From: a virus
DNA length: 64,000 nt
Strand: one strand, 5' to 3'
IMG/VR virus record: IMGVR_UViG_3300029361_000001
Made by a program: the position numbers and the translations under genes. Shown in pieces: positions 48,460-58,339 of this stretch; positions within the stretch are counted from its first letter, which is position 1, and each line of letters begins with the position of its first letter. The notes beneath the pieces were generated by a model that searched no databases, had not been told where the DNA came from, and saw only the letters and a list, made by a program, of their open reading frames with translations.

Positions 48460-49206
48460 TTAGTTGTTAGATAAAAGCAAAATCGGTTCATTTGACTCCG
48501 CAATTGCTTTTATTTGTTCTGGATTGACAAAACTCTTAACTTGTTCGCTTATATTACAAATGGACTTGATCATATCAACGAATAATTTCGAGGTACATTC
48601 GTTACACTCCACTTCCATTACCTGTTTATGTCTATTGTATGATATGCTCGTTACACAATTCAGCCAGTGCGCATAAGTTCCTTTTTCTGTATTTAACCTG
48701 CCGTATTCTACTTTTGTCTCTCCATTTCCATATTCAATTACTCTTTTTAGAAATGGTTTTGCATAAACACTAAAACCGAAAGGTTGGGTGTTTAAGGCAT
48801 CTAAACGGGAAGTTCCATCTCTCCATTTTCCATTTTCATCGCCTCCTGTCCATTCCTTAGAGGGGTTAGGGACAATATTTCCGTTTTTGTCATAGGAAAA
48901 CGTGCAATTCGTTTCCAGTTGATACTTAATAACAGGCACTTCTTCTACTATTTTATAACTCAAACATCTCTTCATAACTTCCCTGATTTGACTTTCCAAA
49001 TCAGAAAGTGCTATACTATTGAAATATCCTTCGTTGCCTAATCTGTTTGTAGGTAATTTGATCCCATAAGAATGAATCTTATCCACATCTTCTTTTGATA
49101 AAGTAGTGGTAAACACTCCTTCTTTGGTGACATTCACTTTAGCAGTTACAGATAAACTGTTATTAGCGTTCTTTTCCGTTATATTTAGTGTTGTTAATAC
49201 TGCCAT
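48460..49206 (-). CDS. Hypothetical protein, 248 aa.
   Basis: ORF. Confidence 0.4.
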   Translation of the reverse strand: MAVLTTLNITEKNANNSLSVTAKVNVTKEGVFTTTLSKEDVDKIHSYGIKLPTNRLGNEGYFNSIALSDLESQIREVMKRCLSYKIVEEVPVIKYQLETNCTFSYDKNGNIVPNPSKEWTGGDENGKWRDGTSRLDALNTQPFGFSVYAKPFLKRVIEYGNGETKVEYGRLNTEKGTYAHWLNCVTSISYNRHKQVMEVECNECTSKLFVDMIKSICNISEQVKSFVNPEQIKAIAESNEPILLLSNN

Positions 49207-49224
49207 AATCAGATCTTTTTAAAA

Positions 49225-49476
49225 TCAATTTGAATAAATATAATGCATTCCTGCTTCATATACCTTATGTACATCAGGGTCATTCTTGTCTTCCGGTTCC
49301 AATTCACTCTCTTCACAAGTATAATCCCATTCAGAGTTGTAGTACATATCCTCGTCTGTTTTCTCCAAGGAACAATCTTTCATTAGATTCATATTTTCTC
49401 CCCAGACTGCAACTTCTTTTTGTTGCTCTTCTTCTGTCATAAGAGATATTTTGTCTTTCAATTCTTTCCAGGTCAT
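49225..49476 (-). CDS. Acidic small protein, 83 aa.
   Basis: ORF. Confidence 0.3.
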   Translation of the reverse strand: MTWKELKDKISLMTEEEQQKEVAVWGENMNLMKDCSLEKTDEDMYYNSEWDYTCEESELEPEDKNDPDVHKVYEAGMHYIYSN

Positions 49477-49500
49477 GATTTCTAAAATATGATCAATAAT

Positions 49501-49884
49501 TCATTCTACATCAAAAAGTTGATCTAACACCAATAATTCGGCATCCATGTCTTCATCTTTCGGGAAACGAACTTTTATATTTCCAAACTTAGATGTCTTA
49601 AACAAGATATAGGGGTTCATATCTTCGGCAGTCACCGGCTTATACTCCTTAACTTCCGACATCTTGAGATACCAGTCACCTATTTTTACAAACCCCGAAA
49701 AGATAGAACACAGATGCGCTTTCACGGACAGTATTTCCCTTTTATCTTTAAGGGGTATAATTTCCTCCTTCCCTCTTATCCTGATTGACAGGAAAGGACG
49801 AATGTTGTCTGTTTCATTTTGGAATCTGAAGCCTGTTATGGCTTGCTTGGGGATTCTTCTTCCCATTAATATAAAATAGCTCAT
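49501..49884 (-). CDS. Hypothetical protein, 127 aa.
   Basis: ORF. Confidence 0.35.
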   Translation of the reverse strand: MSYFILMGRRIPKQAITGFRFQNETDNIRPFLSIRIRGKEEIIPLKDKREILSVKAHLCSIFSGFVKIGDWYLKMSEVKEYKPVTAEDMNPYILFKTSKFGNIKVRFPKDEDMDAELLVLDQLFDVE

Positions 49885-50147
49885 TGTGATAAGTGATTTT
49901 GTTTTATGTTAGGTAAGCAATTTGTAATAACATCAAGTGATATCCATAACTCTGGCTCTATGCTGTTTTTTATTCTATCACTGAAAAGAGAATTATCATC
50001 ACAATCACAATGAGAGATTGTGATATAACAATCTTGATAATCCCACCAATGAGCCGATTTAAAATCGTCTCCTCCATTCCAAAACCCTATTCTTATACCT
50101 CTTGGGTTGAAATCTTCATCTATCCAACTTGGGTGATAAGCCAACAC
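49881..50147 (-). CDS. Hypothetical protein, 88 aa (His/Cys/Asp-rich segment HWWDYQDCYITISHCDCDD).
   Basis: ORF. Confidence 0.35.
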   Translation of the reverse strand: MLAYHPSWIDEDFNPRGIRIGFWNGGDDFKSAHWWDYQDCYITISHCDCDDNSLFSDRIKNSIEPELWISLDVITNCLPNIKQNHLSQ

Positions 50148-50202
50148 CTCTTCTCCCTCTGGAGGTTTTTCCTCTTTGAATTTCTTCCAGTTTCACTTTT
50201 AA

Positions 50203-51000
50203 TTAGTTAGACACAAATGTACAAGTTTTATTAAGATACCCTTCTGTCATCTCTATAAAATTCACACAATCTAATTTGCTTAACTTGTAAATCAACACTG
50301 GATTGTGCACTATGGCTATAATTTGTGTTTGTGGTTTATGAAATGACAATACATTATAAATTTGCATTATGTTGTCAATGTCAAGATTCCTGTCTGGCTC
50401 ATCCATGAGAACCGTGTATTCAAAACTGCTTTCTGTTAATGTTATGCGGTTTCTTTTATAATACTTCAACAGATTATCAATTCTTTTAATCCAAAACGTA
50501 TTTGATTTTTTCTTGTATTCTACAAGATCTCGTATTGGAAACGTATAATCCTTTTGACCGAACATTAAATTGAAAAGTGATTCCAATGATAACACCACTT
50601 TCTCTCCATAAGATCTTCGAATATTATTCACATACAAATCTAAATTGCTGATGTTTTTCAATACACTATCCCGATTCATCTCCGCCGATGGCAATAAACG
50701 GAATACTTTCCCTGCATAATCAGACAATATGTCAATCCCATCAAGAACCTTGTCATCATCATCAAATATAGGTAGAAAATCCAGCGCCTCAGCCGGCATT
50801 TCAGAGCACATGGATTTCTCGCATAACGCATACATTGATATGATGTTAAGCAAGGTTGATTTTCCACTACCGTTTTTACCTATAATTACATTCACTCCTG
50901 GCTTGAAAATAAATTCTCTGCCATTTTCAAATGCTTCTATATCCGAAACATATTCAAATGGAGTTTTTGTATTGTCTTTTATTTTTACTGATGTTATCAT
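50203..51000 (-). CDS. Compact ABC-type (AAA_21/SMC-like) ATPase, 265 aa.
   Basis: Motifs seen are GKNGSGKSTLLN (Walker A), SYGEKVVLSL (signature-like, SGGEK…L), VLMDEPDRNLD (Walker B) and IVHNP (H-loop). It has no transmembrane partner. Confidence 0.65.
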   Translation of the reverse strand: MITSVKIKDNTKTPFEYVSDIEAFENGREFIFKPGVNVIIGKNGSGKSTLLNIISMYALCEKSMCSEMPAEALDFLPIFDDDDKVLDGIDILSDYAGKVFRLLPSAEMNRDSVLKNISNLDLYVNNIRRSYGEKVVLSLESLFNLMFGQKDYTFPIRDLVEYKKKSNTFWIKRIDNLLKYYKRNRITLTESSFEYTVLMDEPDRNLDIDNIMQIYNVLSFHKPQTQIIAIVHNPVLIYKLSKLDCVNFIEMTEGYLNKTCTFVSN

Positions 51001-51011
51001 TGCAATCCTTT

Positions 51012-51851
51012 TTAAAAATCAATTACCGTCCGAACCATGTCTCCGATGTGCTTGTTGCCGGTGCCCGTGAGGCCACTGGAGAAGACCACGTACCACGCGA
51101 CGGCCTGGCTGCTCTCAGTACTGGACCAATACCACGTCGAGGAGAGGGGAGATGCCGAAACATAAGCGAATGCTTTGTTTAGTTCGTTCATATAATGGGC
51201 CATTAAATTTAATTGACCAAGAGATGGTATATACTCGCCATCTTCCAGCAGATTTCTCAATTTTGGATTTCTGGCTACAAGGCGTTCCGTATTGCCGCGT
51301 CCGTCAATGTCAAACAGCGCATTACATTCACGTTCGTAATATGTCCCACTTCCGGATTCTTCACGGCTATCATCGTCAAGCAATTGTACGATATCATGCT
51401 CCGTCAGTGAGATTGCAAATGACATGTATCTGTGCTTCAACCCGATGTATCGTACACAATCTTTGGAGTTATCGCCGGTAAACGGCTCTGCATGTCCGTC
51501 TTCGTAGATTATATACAGTCCGTCAGTTGACTCTTTCTTATCCTCTTCGGATGGTACTCTGTTTTCACATGTACATTTCTCACTTTTGGATCTTACGATT
51601 ATATTCAATTCATTTAATACATGATTCCTGATGACATTCTCGCACGCTCTTCTTACAAAATCATGATCTCTTTGTTTGAGTTCATCATTCACCATGCATC
51701 TGATCCAGTTTTCTATCTGGTTGTCACCTCCATATGTATTAACCATGTACCGTTCTGTACTTAAATCTCCATCCTTCCTTCTGATGTTTTTCATCATTGA
51801 ACGAATCAATAGCCTCCTGAAAATCGCTTTCACTTTCAAAGAAAATATCAA
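51012..51851 (-). CDS. Hypothetical protein, 279 aa, with a Trp/Ser-rich GC-rich C-terminal segment.
   Basis: The ORF lies immediately upstream of the ATPase. Confidence 0.4.
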   Translation of the reverse strand: MIFSLKVKAIFRRLLIRSMMKNIRRKDGDLSTERYMVNTYGGDNQIENWIRCMVNDELKQRDHDFVRRACENVIRNHVLNELNIIVRSKSEKCTCENRVPSEEDKKESTDGLYIIYEDGHAEPFTGDNSKDCVRYIGLKHRYMSFAISLTEHDIVQLLDDDSREESGSGTYYERECNALFDIDGRGNTERLVARNPKLRNLLEDGEYIPSLGQLNLMAHYMNELNKAFAYVSASPLSSTWYWSSTESSQAVAWYVVFSSGLTGTGNKHIGDMVRTVIDF

Positions 51852-52005
51852 TGTCTTTTACTCTTTATCCGGAAAGGATATTTTTAAAACATCCACCAGC
51901 TATAAACCCTTTGTGGCCTTCCATATACTTGTCAAGCCATCTTATTTGCCAGAAATTATCTGGAGTATCTATTACAAAATTATTCATATTGTTTATGTTT
52001 TGCCG

Positions 52006-52260
52006 TTACCAAGCGAGATAAAAATTCCGCTTCACAATAATACAATGAGTGTAATTACTCAGGTCGATTCCGTTGTCCGTAAATGCATCCAGGACCCGTT
52101 TTTCCACGTATTTGAGTTTTACTGTTATCCCCTTCTTAAACACTTCTATTAACTTCTCATTGCACTCAATAGGTCCAATAAGACAGTATCTATTCGAAGG
52201 ACTGTCTGATATACAATATGTCTGACATCCTAACATGTTGCTTAAAATTACTTCGTTCAT
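52006..52260 (-). CDS. Hypothetical protein, 84 aa.
   Basis: ORF. Confidence 0.3.
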   Translation of the reverse strand: MNEVILSNMLGCQTYCISDSPSNRYCLIGPIECNEKLIEVFKKGITVKLKYVEKRVLDAFTDNGIDLSNYTHCIIVKRNFYLAW

Positions 52261-52267
52261 AATTTCT

Positions 52268-52765
52268 CTATGATTCTAATATGGTGTCTACAAACTCCGT
52301 TATTTTATCAACGGATTCTTTTGATAAGGTATATCTTCTCCAATCCCATCTAAAATGCGCTTTTGGGAGATTTTTAGTAGAATATTTTTCATTTCCGTCC
52401 TTGTTAGTCCATTCGTAATTATCCTCTGGATCCGCCACTTTTATCCCCGATTTAGGTCCGTTACGAAAGCTATATAGCATTCTTATAACCGATTCAAAAT
52501 CCGAACCTATATCAAATAGCATATGATACACCTTGTTTATTAAAGCCCTATCAGCGTTTATTAAAGCCCTATCAGCTTGTCCCAAGTCTTCACCAAACAA
52601 CTCTCTTACACTCCAATTTTTCATTTCTGAATAACGAATGAAATTAAGTTTCCCTTTTTCTATATTAGGATTTTTTCTTGATAATACAAGCTCCAAATCT
52701 TTCACAAATGATTCTTTTAGCTTCTGTTGTCCTAACAAGGCGGTGTATTTGCTTACTATATCCAT
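52268..52765 (-). CDS. Hypothetical protein, 165 aa, with an in-frame 7 aa tandem duplication (ADRALIN ADRALIN).
   Basis: It contains the 21 bp tandem repeat at 52536-52577. Confidence 0.4.
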   Translation of the reverse strand: MDIVSKYTALLGQQKLKESFVKDLELVLSRKNPNIEKGKLNFIRYSEMKNWSVRELFGEDLGQADRALINADRALINKVYHMLFDIGSDFESVIRMLYSFRNGPKSGIKVADPEDNYEWTNKDGNEKYSTKNLPKAHFRWDWRRYTLSKESVDKITEFVDTILES

Positions 52766-52941
52766 TATCCAAAGTTTTTTAATATTGCTCCAAACGAATC
52801 ATATTTAACCCCTAATGTGTCATGTGCCTTTTGGGATCCACATTCACCAACTTTACATTTTTGTATGTATTCTATTTTCATATATGTTCCATTTTCAAAA
52901 TATCTGGGGACAGATATTCTTGCAACTCTAATTTGCGTACA

Positions 52942-53673
52942 TTAAAGCGCCTCGTCAGTTCCTAAAAGATGCTCGTTTCCCTCAAAATGAATACAATAAT
53001 CCCATAATGTTCCATTAGAACATTCGTACTTATAAGGCAATCCATTATAATCGTCCACAAATTCCCTTGCAAACAAACTGATATTCCATTTTTTATTTCC
53101 TTCTTTTCTTACCAGCACTTTATCAAACGGCTTAAAATCATATTTCGGCTCTTCTTTAATCCCGAAGAAGCGTTTCAGATATTCTTTTGCTTTAGGATTT
53201 TCGCTTTTCTTTAACGCTTTAATCATCTTCTGTTTTTCCGAATCTGTTGCAAGTCTATAACATTCTATGTGGTTTTCGTGTGCAGCAATATCATCCGATA
53301 TATTAAGACTTGTTCCCGCTGCAAGACTCGCATACAAAGATGTTAAATATTTCCCATTAGCATTTAAGATAAAAATAAAATTTCCTTCTTCGTTGCTTAA
53401 CACATCTCCATCTTTAAATGTAGTATATTCCGGGACTTCAAGAAGGAGGCGATTTTCGCTGCTAAATGCTTTTCCTGTAGCAGAAAACCAATCTGCCGAT
53501 ACAGAAATAGAATGAATTACAACCAATAACGGACAAATTGACGAATTGTCTTCATATACGATTTCTGCTCTATTTCGTCCTTTCTCTGTCACAATCTGAC
53601 CTACTCTTTCTCCTATGTTTATTTTTTTCGCCGTTTCTAAATCAAACGGGATTGTTACCATTTTATATTCCAT
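52942..53673 (-). CDS. Hypothetical protein, 243 aa, a tandem paralogue of the next gene.
   Basis: It shares the motifs …IPFDLETAKKI…, KYDFKPFDKVLVRK and EGNEHLLGT with the ORF at 53678. Confidence 0.45.
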   Translation of the reverse strand: MEYKMVTIPFDLETAKKINIGERVGQIVTEKGRNRAEIVYEDNSSICPLLVVIHSISVSADWFSATGKAFSSENRLLLEVPEYTTFKDGDVLSNEEGNFIFILNANGKYLTSLYASLAAGTSLNISDDIAAHENHIECYRLATDSEKQKMIKALKKSENPKAKEYLKRFFGIKEEPKYDFKPFDKVLVRKEGNKKWNISLFAREFVDDYNGLPYKYECSNGTLWDYCIHFEGNEHLLGTDEAL

Positions 53674-53677
53674 AATC

Positions 53678-54418
53678 TTATTTGTTTTTATTAGTTCCTA
53701 AAAGATGTTCGTTCCCTTCGTATGGGATACACTGACTAAATCCTACCCCTCCTAAGCATTCGTATCTATTATCTCCTCCTGATTCTCTGGAAAATAAATG
53801 CAATTTCCACCTCTCTTGGTTAGTTCTTCTCACCAGCACTCGTTCAAATGGTTTGAAGTCGCGTTTCGGCATCTCATCTAATAGATACTCATATTCACTT
53901 AAATATCGTTTTATTATATCTATTTTTCTACTGTCTTCGACTTTTATAATCTTCTCTGCTAAAAATTTCTTCTCTTCTTCTATAGCCTTTCTTACATGCC
54001 GTTTTTTATCTTCATCATACACATCAGTCCATAATCCGCTATGATCAAACTCAATATCTCCAGATGTTGCCATTCCACATATACTTCCCATTACCCCTTT
54101 GGTAATAAGTCCATCATATATAAATTGACATCCTTTAGTGCTTGTTAATACATCTCCTTTCTTAAAATACGCCCCAGCCTCTACTTTCAATTCCAGAGTG
54201 GCGTCAGCAAAAGTACAACCTTCTGTGTTAGCATATATAGCGCTTATCCCATATCCATCTTTTTTTACAAAAAGCAAATTATAAGGACTTGCACAGTTTT
54301 TCGACTCATATGCAAATTCTATTTCAATATCATTAATTAATACCGAACCTTCTATTTCTCCGCTTTTAATTTTTCTCGCCGTATTTAAATCAAACGGAAC
54401 AATAATTGGATTTTCCAT
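53678..54418 (-). CDS. Hypothetical protein, 246 aa, a tandem paralogue of the previous gene.
   Basis: VPFDLNTARKI, KRDFKPFERVLVRR and YEGNEHLLGT are shared with the ORF at 52942. Confidence 0.45.
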   Translation of the reverse strand: MENPIIVPFDLNTARKIKSGEIEGSVLINDIEIEFAYESKNCASPYNLLFVKKDGYGISAIYANTEGCTFADATLELKVEAGAYFKKGDVLTSTKGCQFIYDGLITKGVMGSICGMATSGDIEFDHSGLWTDVYDEDKKRHVRKAIEEEKKFLAEKIIKVEDSRKIDIIKRYLSEYEYLLDEMPKRDFKPFERVLVRRTNQERWKLHLFSRESGGDNRYECLGGVGFSQCIPYEGNEHLLGTNKNK

Positions 54419-54458
54419 ATCTTTTCGTTTTTAATTGTTATAAAACAGGATGGGTTAC

Positions 54459-55520
54459 TTACGCCCATCCCAGTTGTTTCGCAATACTTTCCATCTCGCT
54501 ATATGCAATCCGGTGGCATCCAGCGGTTAACAAATCTTTTTCGTACCGATTTAGACTCCACTGGTGGCCGGTGACGTCCTCCACCAGACCGTGCCGAAAC
54601 TCGGCGCCCCGGTGCATTGCCGACACAGCCCGCCACAGTTTTTTGGCTTCTGCTATTCCAATCTTTATCTGTTTACTTGTCTCAATAATATTTCCTTTTA
54701 TACGGATCCAGGCGTTAGGTTTTTCATCAGGAATATAGAAAGGTGTATTCAAGAAATTGATTTCTCCTGACTTCCACTCTTCCAGTTTTTCATCAAAATC
54801 CTTGTAACGGGCTTCTTCTTCCTTTCTTAATCTCTCTAATTTTCTTCTTTCTCTTTCTTCCTCACCCTTTCTCCATCTTTCAGATCTTTCTGAATACTTA
54901 ATCCATGTACCTTCCCCGCAAACTTCATCTACAATCACATTAACGGTCCCTAACACTTTTAATCCTTGATGATCCAATAAAATTTGAAAGATGCGTTTTA
55001 ATTCATGTACGTGCTTACGCTTGATACTATCTCCGCTCTTGGATAATTCATGATTGGTTCCAAGCCAATCATTAGCACTCTTTTTAAGGATACTCTTAGC
55101 AGTTCCCATGTTAAAGAACTGAATGTAATCCATCATATTCCCAAAAGCGCCCCAAATATCTGTATAAGATAATTCTGTTTTAGCTCTTTTGTATTTTTCA
55201 ATAGACTTCTTAATTGATTCCAGTTTGCTGGCAACAAACCTCATATTACCAGTATCCGATATATTATCCCCTACACTGAGAACCATTGCCCAAGTTGGTA
55301 TCGCATTACGAACATAGCATTGATGTTTGCTCGTGGTAGCAGAATAATAATCTTCATTTATCAGGTATGCTTTCTTCCCTTGTTTGTTTTTTACTATTCT
55401 CCCGACTTCAAAGTGATACCCATAAGAATAAATACTTGTACCTTCAAAGAAGAAATTGCTCCCTGATGCTGATTCTTCTTGTTCATGAGCCCACAAGTGA
55501 GCGACCATTGAATTGTTCAT
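54459..55520 (-). CDS. Hypothetical protein, 353 aa, with an Arg/Glu-rich coiled-coil segment.
   Basis: ORF. Confidence 0.45.
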   Translation of the reverse strand: MNNSMVAHLWAHEQEESASGSNFFFEGTSIYSYGYHFEVGRIVKNKQGKKAYLINEDYYSATTSKHQCYVRNAIPTWAMVLSVGDNISDTGNMRFVASKLESIKKSIEKYKRAKTELSYTDIWGAFGNMMDYIQFFNMGTAKSILKKSANDWLGTNHELSKSGDSIKRKHVHELKRIFQILLDHQGLKVLGTVNVIVDEVCGEGTWIKYSERSERWRKGEEERERRKLERLRKEEEARYKDFDEKLEEWKSGEINFLNTPFYIPDEKPNAWIRIKGNIIETSKQIKIGIAEAKKLWRAVSAMHRGAEFRHGLVEDVTGHQWSLNRYEKDLLTAGCHRIAYSEMESIAKQLGWA

Positions 55521-55532
55521 ATAAATATCTTT

Positions 55533-55859
55533 TTAATTGTTTAACTTACCTTTATCATATACATTGCTACCTCTGTTGTATGTGAATGAGATCCCATTCG
55601 CTTCCCCTTTCTTTAAATATTTTACAATGTCTTTCTGTTCTATATGCTTCATTACAATAACATCTCTAAGATTATGCTTGTTATCGTAGAAGAAAGTTTT
55701 CCAATTGCATTCATCATGCAATCGATGCATATCAGAGTATTCAAAAAAGAATGACCCAAACAAACCCCAATTAGTTATAGGGCATTCTGAATCATGGCAA
55801 TAATACACTTTAATGCGATAATCGCCTACTTCTTTTGTTGTAATAAGATCGTCTTCCAT
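55533..55859 (-). CDS. Hypothetical protein, 108 aa.
   Basis: ORF. Confidence 0.35.
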   Translation of the reverse strand: MEDDLITTKEVGDYRIKVYYCHDSECPITNWGLFGSFFFEYSDMHRLHDECNWKTFFYDNKHNLRDVIVMKHIEQKDIVKYLKKGEANGISFTYNRGSNVYDKGKLNN

Positions 55860-55870
55860 GTCTTTATATT

Positions 55871-56323
55871 TTAAATAGTTCTTAATTTTTCTTCGATAAA
55901 TTCATCTATTACATCATAGTATGAGCCATCAAAATCCCCATATTTCTCTGTAAACTCTTTAGTCCACTCTTGAATGATGGCAAATGCCTCTTCCCTGCTA
56001 CATTCTTTTAATCCCATTAGATCATCCACGGCTATCACCGACATCTCTTGCAGATTTCGTAAATAATTCAAATCTATGCTATATGGTAGCTTGCCTACTT
56101 CTATACATACATAATGACCTTGTTTAAAGGCATCCTGCAAGTCTTCAAGACTCTCTATCAATGACTCAGACTCATCATCTATTCTTATCTTGTATAACTC
56201 AAAATCTTCATTTTCTGCCGACACCCATATCTTATAGGCTTTTTCGTTGGACAATCTTTTCCAAACAAATCCGTCACTGAATACAATTAGGCTACCTGTT
56301 ACTATCGTATTTTTCATAACCAC
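55871..56323 (-). CDS. Hypothetical acidic protein, 150 aa.
   Basis: ORF. Confidence 0.35.
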   Translation of the reverse strand: MVMKNTIVTGSLIVFSDGFVWKRLSNEKAYKIWVSAENEDFELYKIRIDDESESLIESLEDLQDAFKQGHYVCIEVGKLPYSIDLNYLRNLQEMSVIAVDDLMGLKECSREEAFAIIQEWTKEFTEKYGDFDGSYYDVIDEFIEEKLRTI

Positions 56324-56325
56324 TT

Positions 56326-56640
56326 TTAATCTGTTATTCTGTAATAATAATCAAGTTCTTCTCCCTTAAAGTTGTTCATGGCATACTCGTCAGCTTCTCG
56401 CCACAACCGGTCATACAATGCAGCCAGTTCGCGATCACCTTCATAATGCTGCCAGATTTTATGATTCAATACAAGCGTTAATTCCGTGAAAAACTTATAA
56501 TCATCTTTCCATTCATTAAACGCACGTCTGTAGGTATCCTTGACACCTGCTATACCATACTTGTCGGCTATGCTGAAATCTTCCCAAAAGGTAGTCATTA
56601 GGTTATAGCCCACTTCTTTCATAAATTCTTTGAATGTCAT
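56326..56640 (-). CDS. Hypothetical protein, 104 aa.
   Basis: ORF. Confidence 0.35.
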   Translation of the reverse strand: MTFKEFMKEVGYNLMTTFWEDFSIADKYGIAGVKDTYRRAFNEWKDDYKFFTELTLVLNHKIWQHYEGDRELAALYDRLWREADEYAMNNFKGEELDYYYRITD

Positions 56641-56671
56641 AAGCTATTATTTTAGGTATATAATTACCTCA

Positions 56672-56962
56672 TTAAATTTTTGAATTGTCATATAATTCCC
56701 CTGAATATGGACTGTATATTGTTCCGGCTTCCACCGCTCCAGGTTCTACCGCCATCAGTCCTACACCTACTTCATAATACAGTTCAAGATCTATTGGCTC
56801 CATCGCCATCCTCTCAGCTTCTTTCTTGCTAAGACCTGAAAGCATTAAACATTTCACCTTATTTGCGTACGCAATAGGATACTCTTCTGGAGTTAATCTT
56901 ATTAAGACTACTTCTGCTTCTTCTGCGCTGTTAAGTTTTAATTCGTTTCCCATTTTATGCAT
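56672..56962 (-). CDS. Hypothetical protein, 96 aa.
   Basis: ORF. Confidence 0.35.
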   Translation of the reverse strand: MHKMGNELKLNSAEEAEVVLIRLTPEEYPIAYANKVKCLMLSGLSKKEAERMAMEPIDLELYYEVGVGLMAVEPGAVEAGTIYSPYSGELYDNSKI

Positions 56963-57220
56963 TGTTTTCGCTGTTCACTATCTGACTAATGTACGGTCCT
57001 GGTCACGAACAGCCAGGCCGACCTCATGGCAGGGCAGGCGTCGCCTTACCCTGGCTGTTCTACCCACTCCCTGTACCCTACATTAAAACCAATAGGATCA
57101 TACCTTTTGATCATAGTGCCATAATTCTCTCTACCGCAATACCTGTTCTTTCCTCCAATAACCCATGCTTCATCGTCTCTATCTGGAGATATGGAGTTAA
57201 GAAACTTCTCATAATCTTTT

Positions 57221-57589
57221 CTACTCTTTCCCATCTTTGTCTTGATTTAAACAATAGTTAATAAAATAAGCAACCTGTTCATTTTCCCCTGTATTATCAT
57301 AATCACCTAAAGTCATATCATCATAATCCAGCAGAACTATACGAAAATCGTTTTTTTTGACATACACTTCCGTTAAATACATAGGAATCCCAGCAATTTC
57401 TATTATCACCGGAAACTGATCATCGAAGTCAAACGCATCATTAGTTTCTTTAAACTCTTTAAATTCTTTGAATTTTAGCTTTATACTTCCACCGTTCTCC
57501 ACTAATGCCTCTTTGATGTACTTTAATCTTTTTGCATTCAGATCAACCTCTGCTTTTTCTATTTCTTTGTACAATTCATTCAGATCCAT
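57221..57589 (-). CDS. Hypothetical acidic protein, 122 aa.
   Basis: ORF. Confidence 0.35.
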   Translation of the reverse strand: MDLNELYKEIEKAEVDLNAKRLKYIKEALVENGGSIKLKFKEFKEFKETNDAFDFDDQFPVIIEIAGIPMYLTEVYVKKNDFRIVLLDYDDMTLGDYDNTGENEQVAYFINYCLNQDKDGKE

Positions 57590-58091
57590 ATTCCACTATA
57601 TTTATGTTGTCAAATTTTTCTTTTATAACATCCAAGGCGCCACACTCGTTTGTTACCATAGCATACTTTCCTGGCTTCATTCTCCACAGATTAAAATATC
57701 TTGTCACATTTATAATGTTGTTAAATAATGATATTTCGTATCTTGTGTTCCCATTTTCACCATGTCCCGCTTTTTTAAAATAACATAGGGTCGGCTTGTA
57801 TTTGAAATAATTAAAAAGCCTATACCATCCCTTCCCGTTACATGTTTCACGATTCCATATTCCAGTAAGCTTCCTATATCCCCTTACTGGTATTTTCTCT
57901 ATTTCTTTTGGTACAATCTTGACATACTCTCCTTCTCCGATTGGTATAGTCATATTGCCTGCCTTTTCCGTGCAAAAGTATTCTATTTCAGATGCCATGC
58001 CTTTATATACATAGAACCGGTATAGGTTCCCGTCAGGGTCTACCCGATCCATGTAATATAATATCACTTTGTCTACTTTTATCTTTTTCAT
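57576..58091 (-). CDS. Hypothetical protein, 171 aa.
   Basis: ORF. Confidence 0.4.
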   Translation of the reverse strand: MKKIKVDKVILYYMDRVDPDGNLYRFYVYKGMASEIEYFCTEKAGNMTIPIGEGEYVKIVPKEIEKIPVRGYRKLTGIWNRETCNGKGWYRLFNYFKYKPTLCYFKKAGHGENGNTRYEISLFNNIINVTRYFNLWRMKPGKYAMVTNECGALDVIKEKFDNINIVEYGSE

Positions 58092-58339
58092 TCCTTTATT
58101 CTCCTTATCTTTAAATCGTTATTCCCACAGTATTCCTTCAGCCAACTATCCGTTAGATAACGATTAACTCTATCGTATTTCTTTTTCGGGCCCTTGCTCC
58201 AGAATTTCCATTCTTTTGTGATATTGTACCCATATTTATCAAACCAATAGATATAATACACTACGTTACCGTATAAATCCACTCTTTTTCTTTCCTGTAT
58301 GACTACCTCGTAAGGCATCTTCTTGTCTCTTTTCTCCAT
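58088..58339 (-). CDS. Hypothetical basic protein, 83 aa.
   Basis: ORF. Confidence 0.3.
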   Translation of the reverse strand: MEKRDKKMPYEVVIQERKRVDLYGNVVYYIYWFDKYGYNITKEWKFWSKGPKKKYDRVNRYLTDSWLKEYCGNNDLKIRRIKE

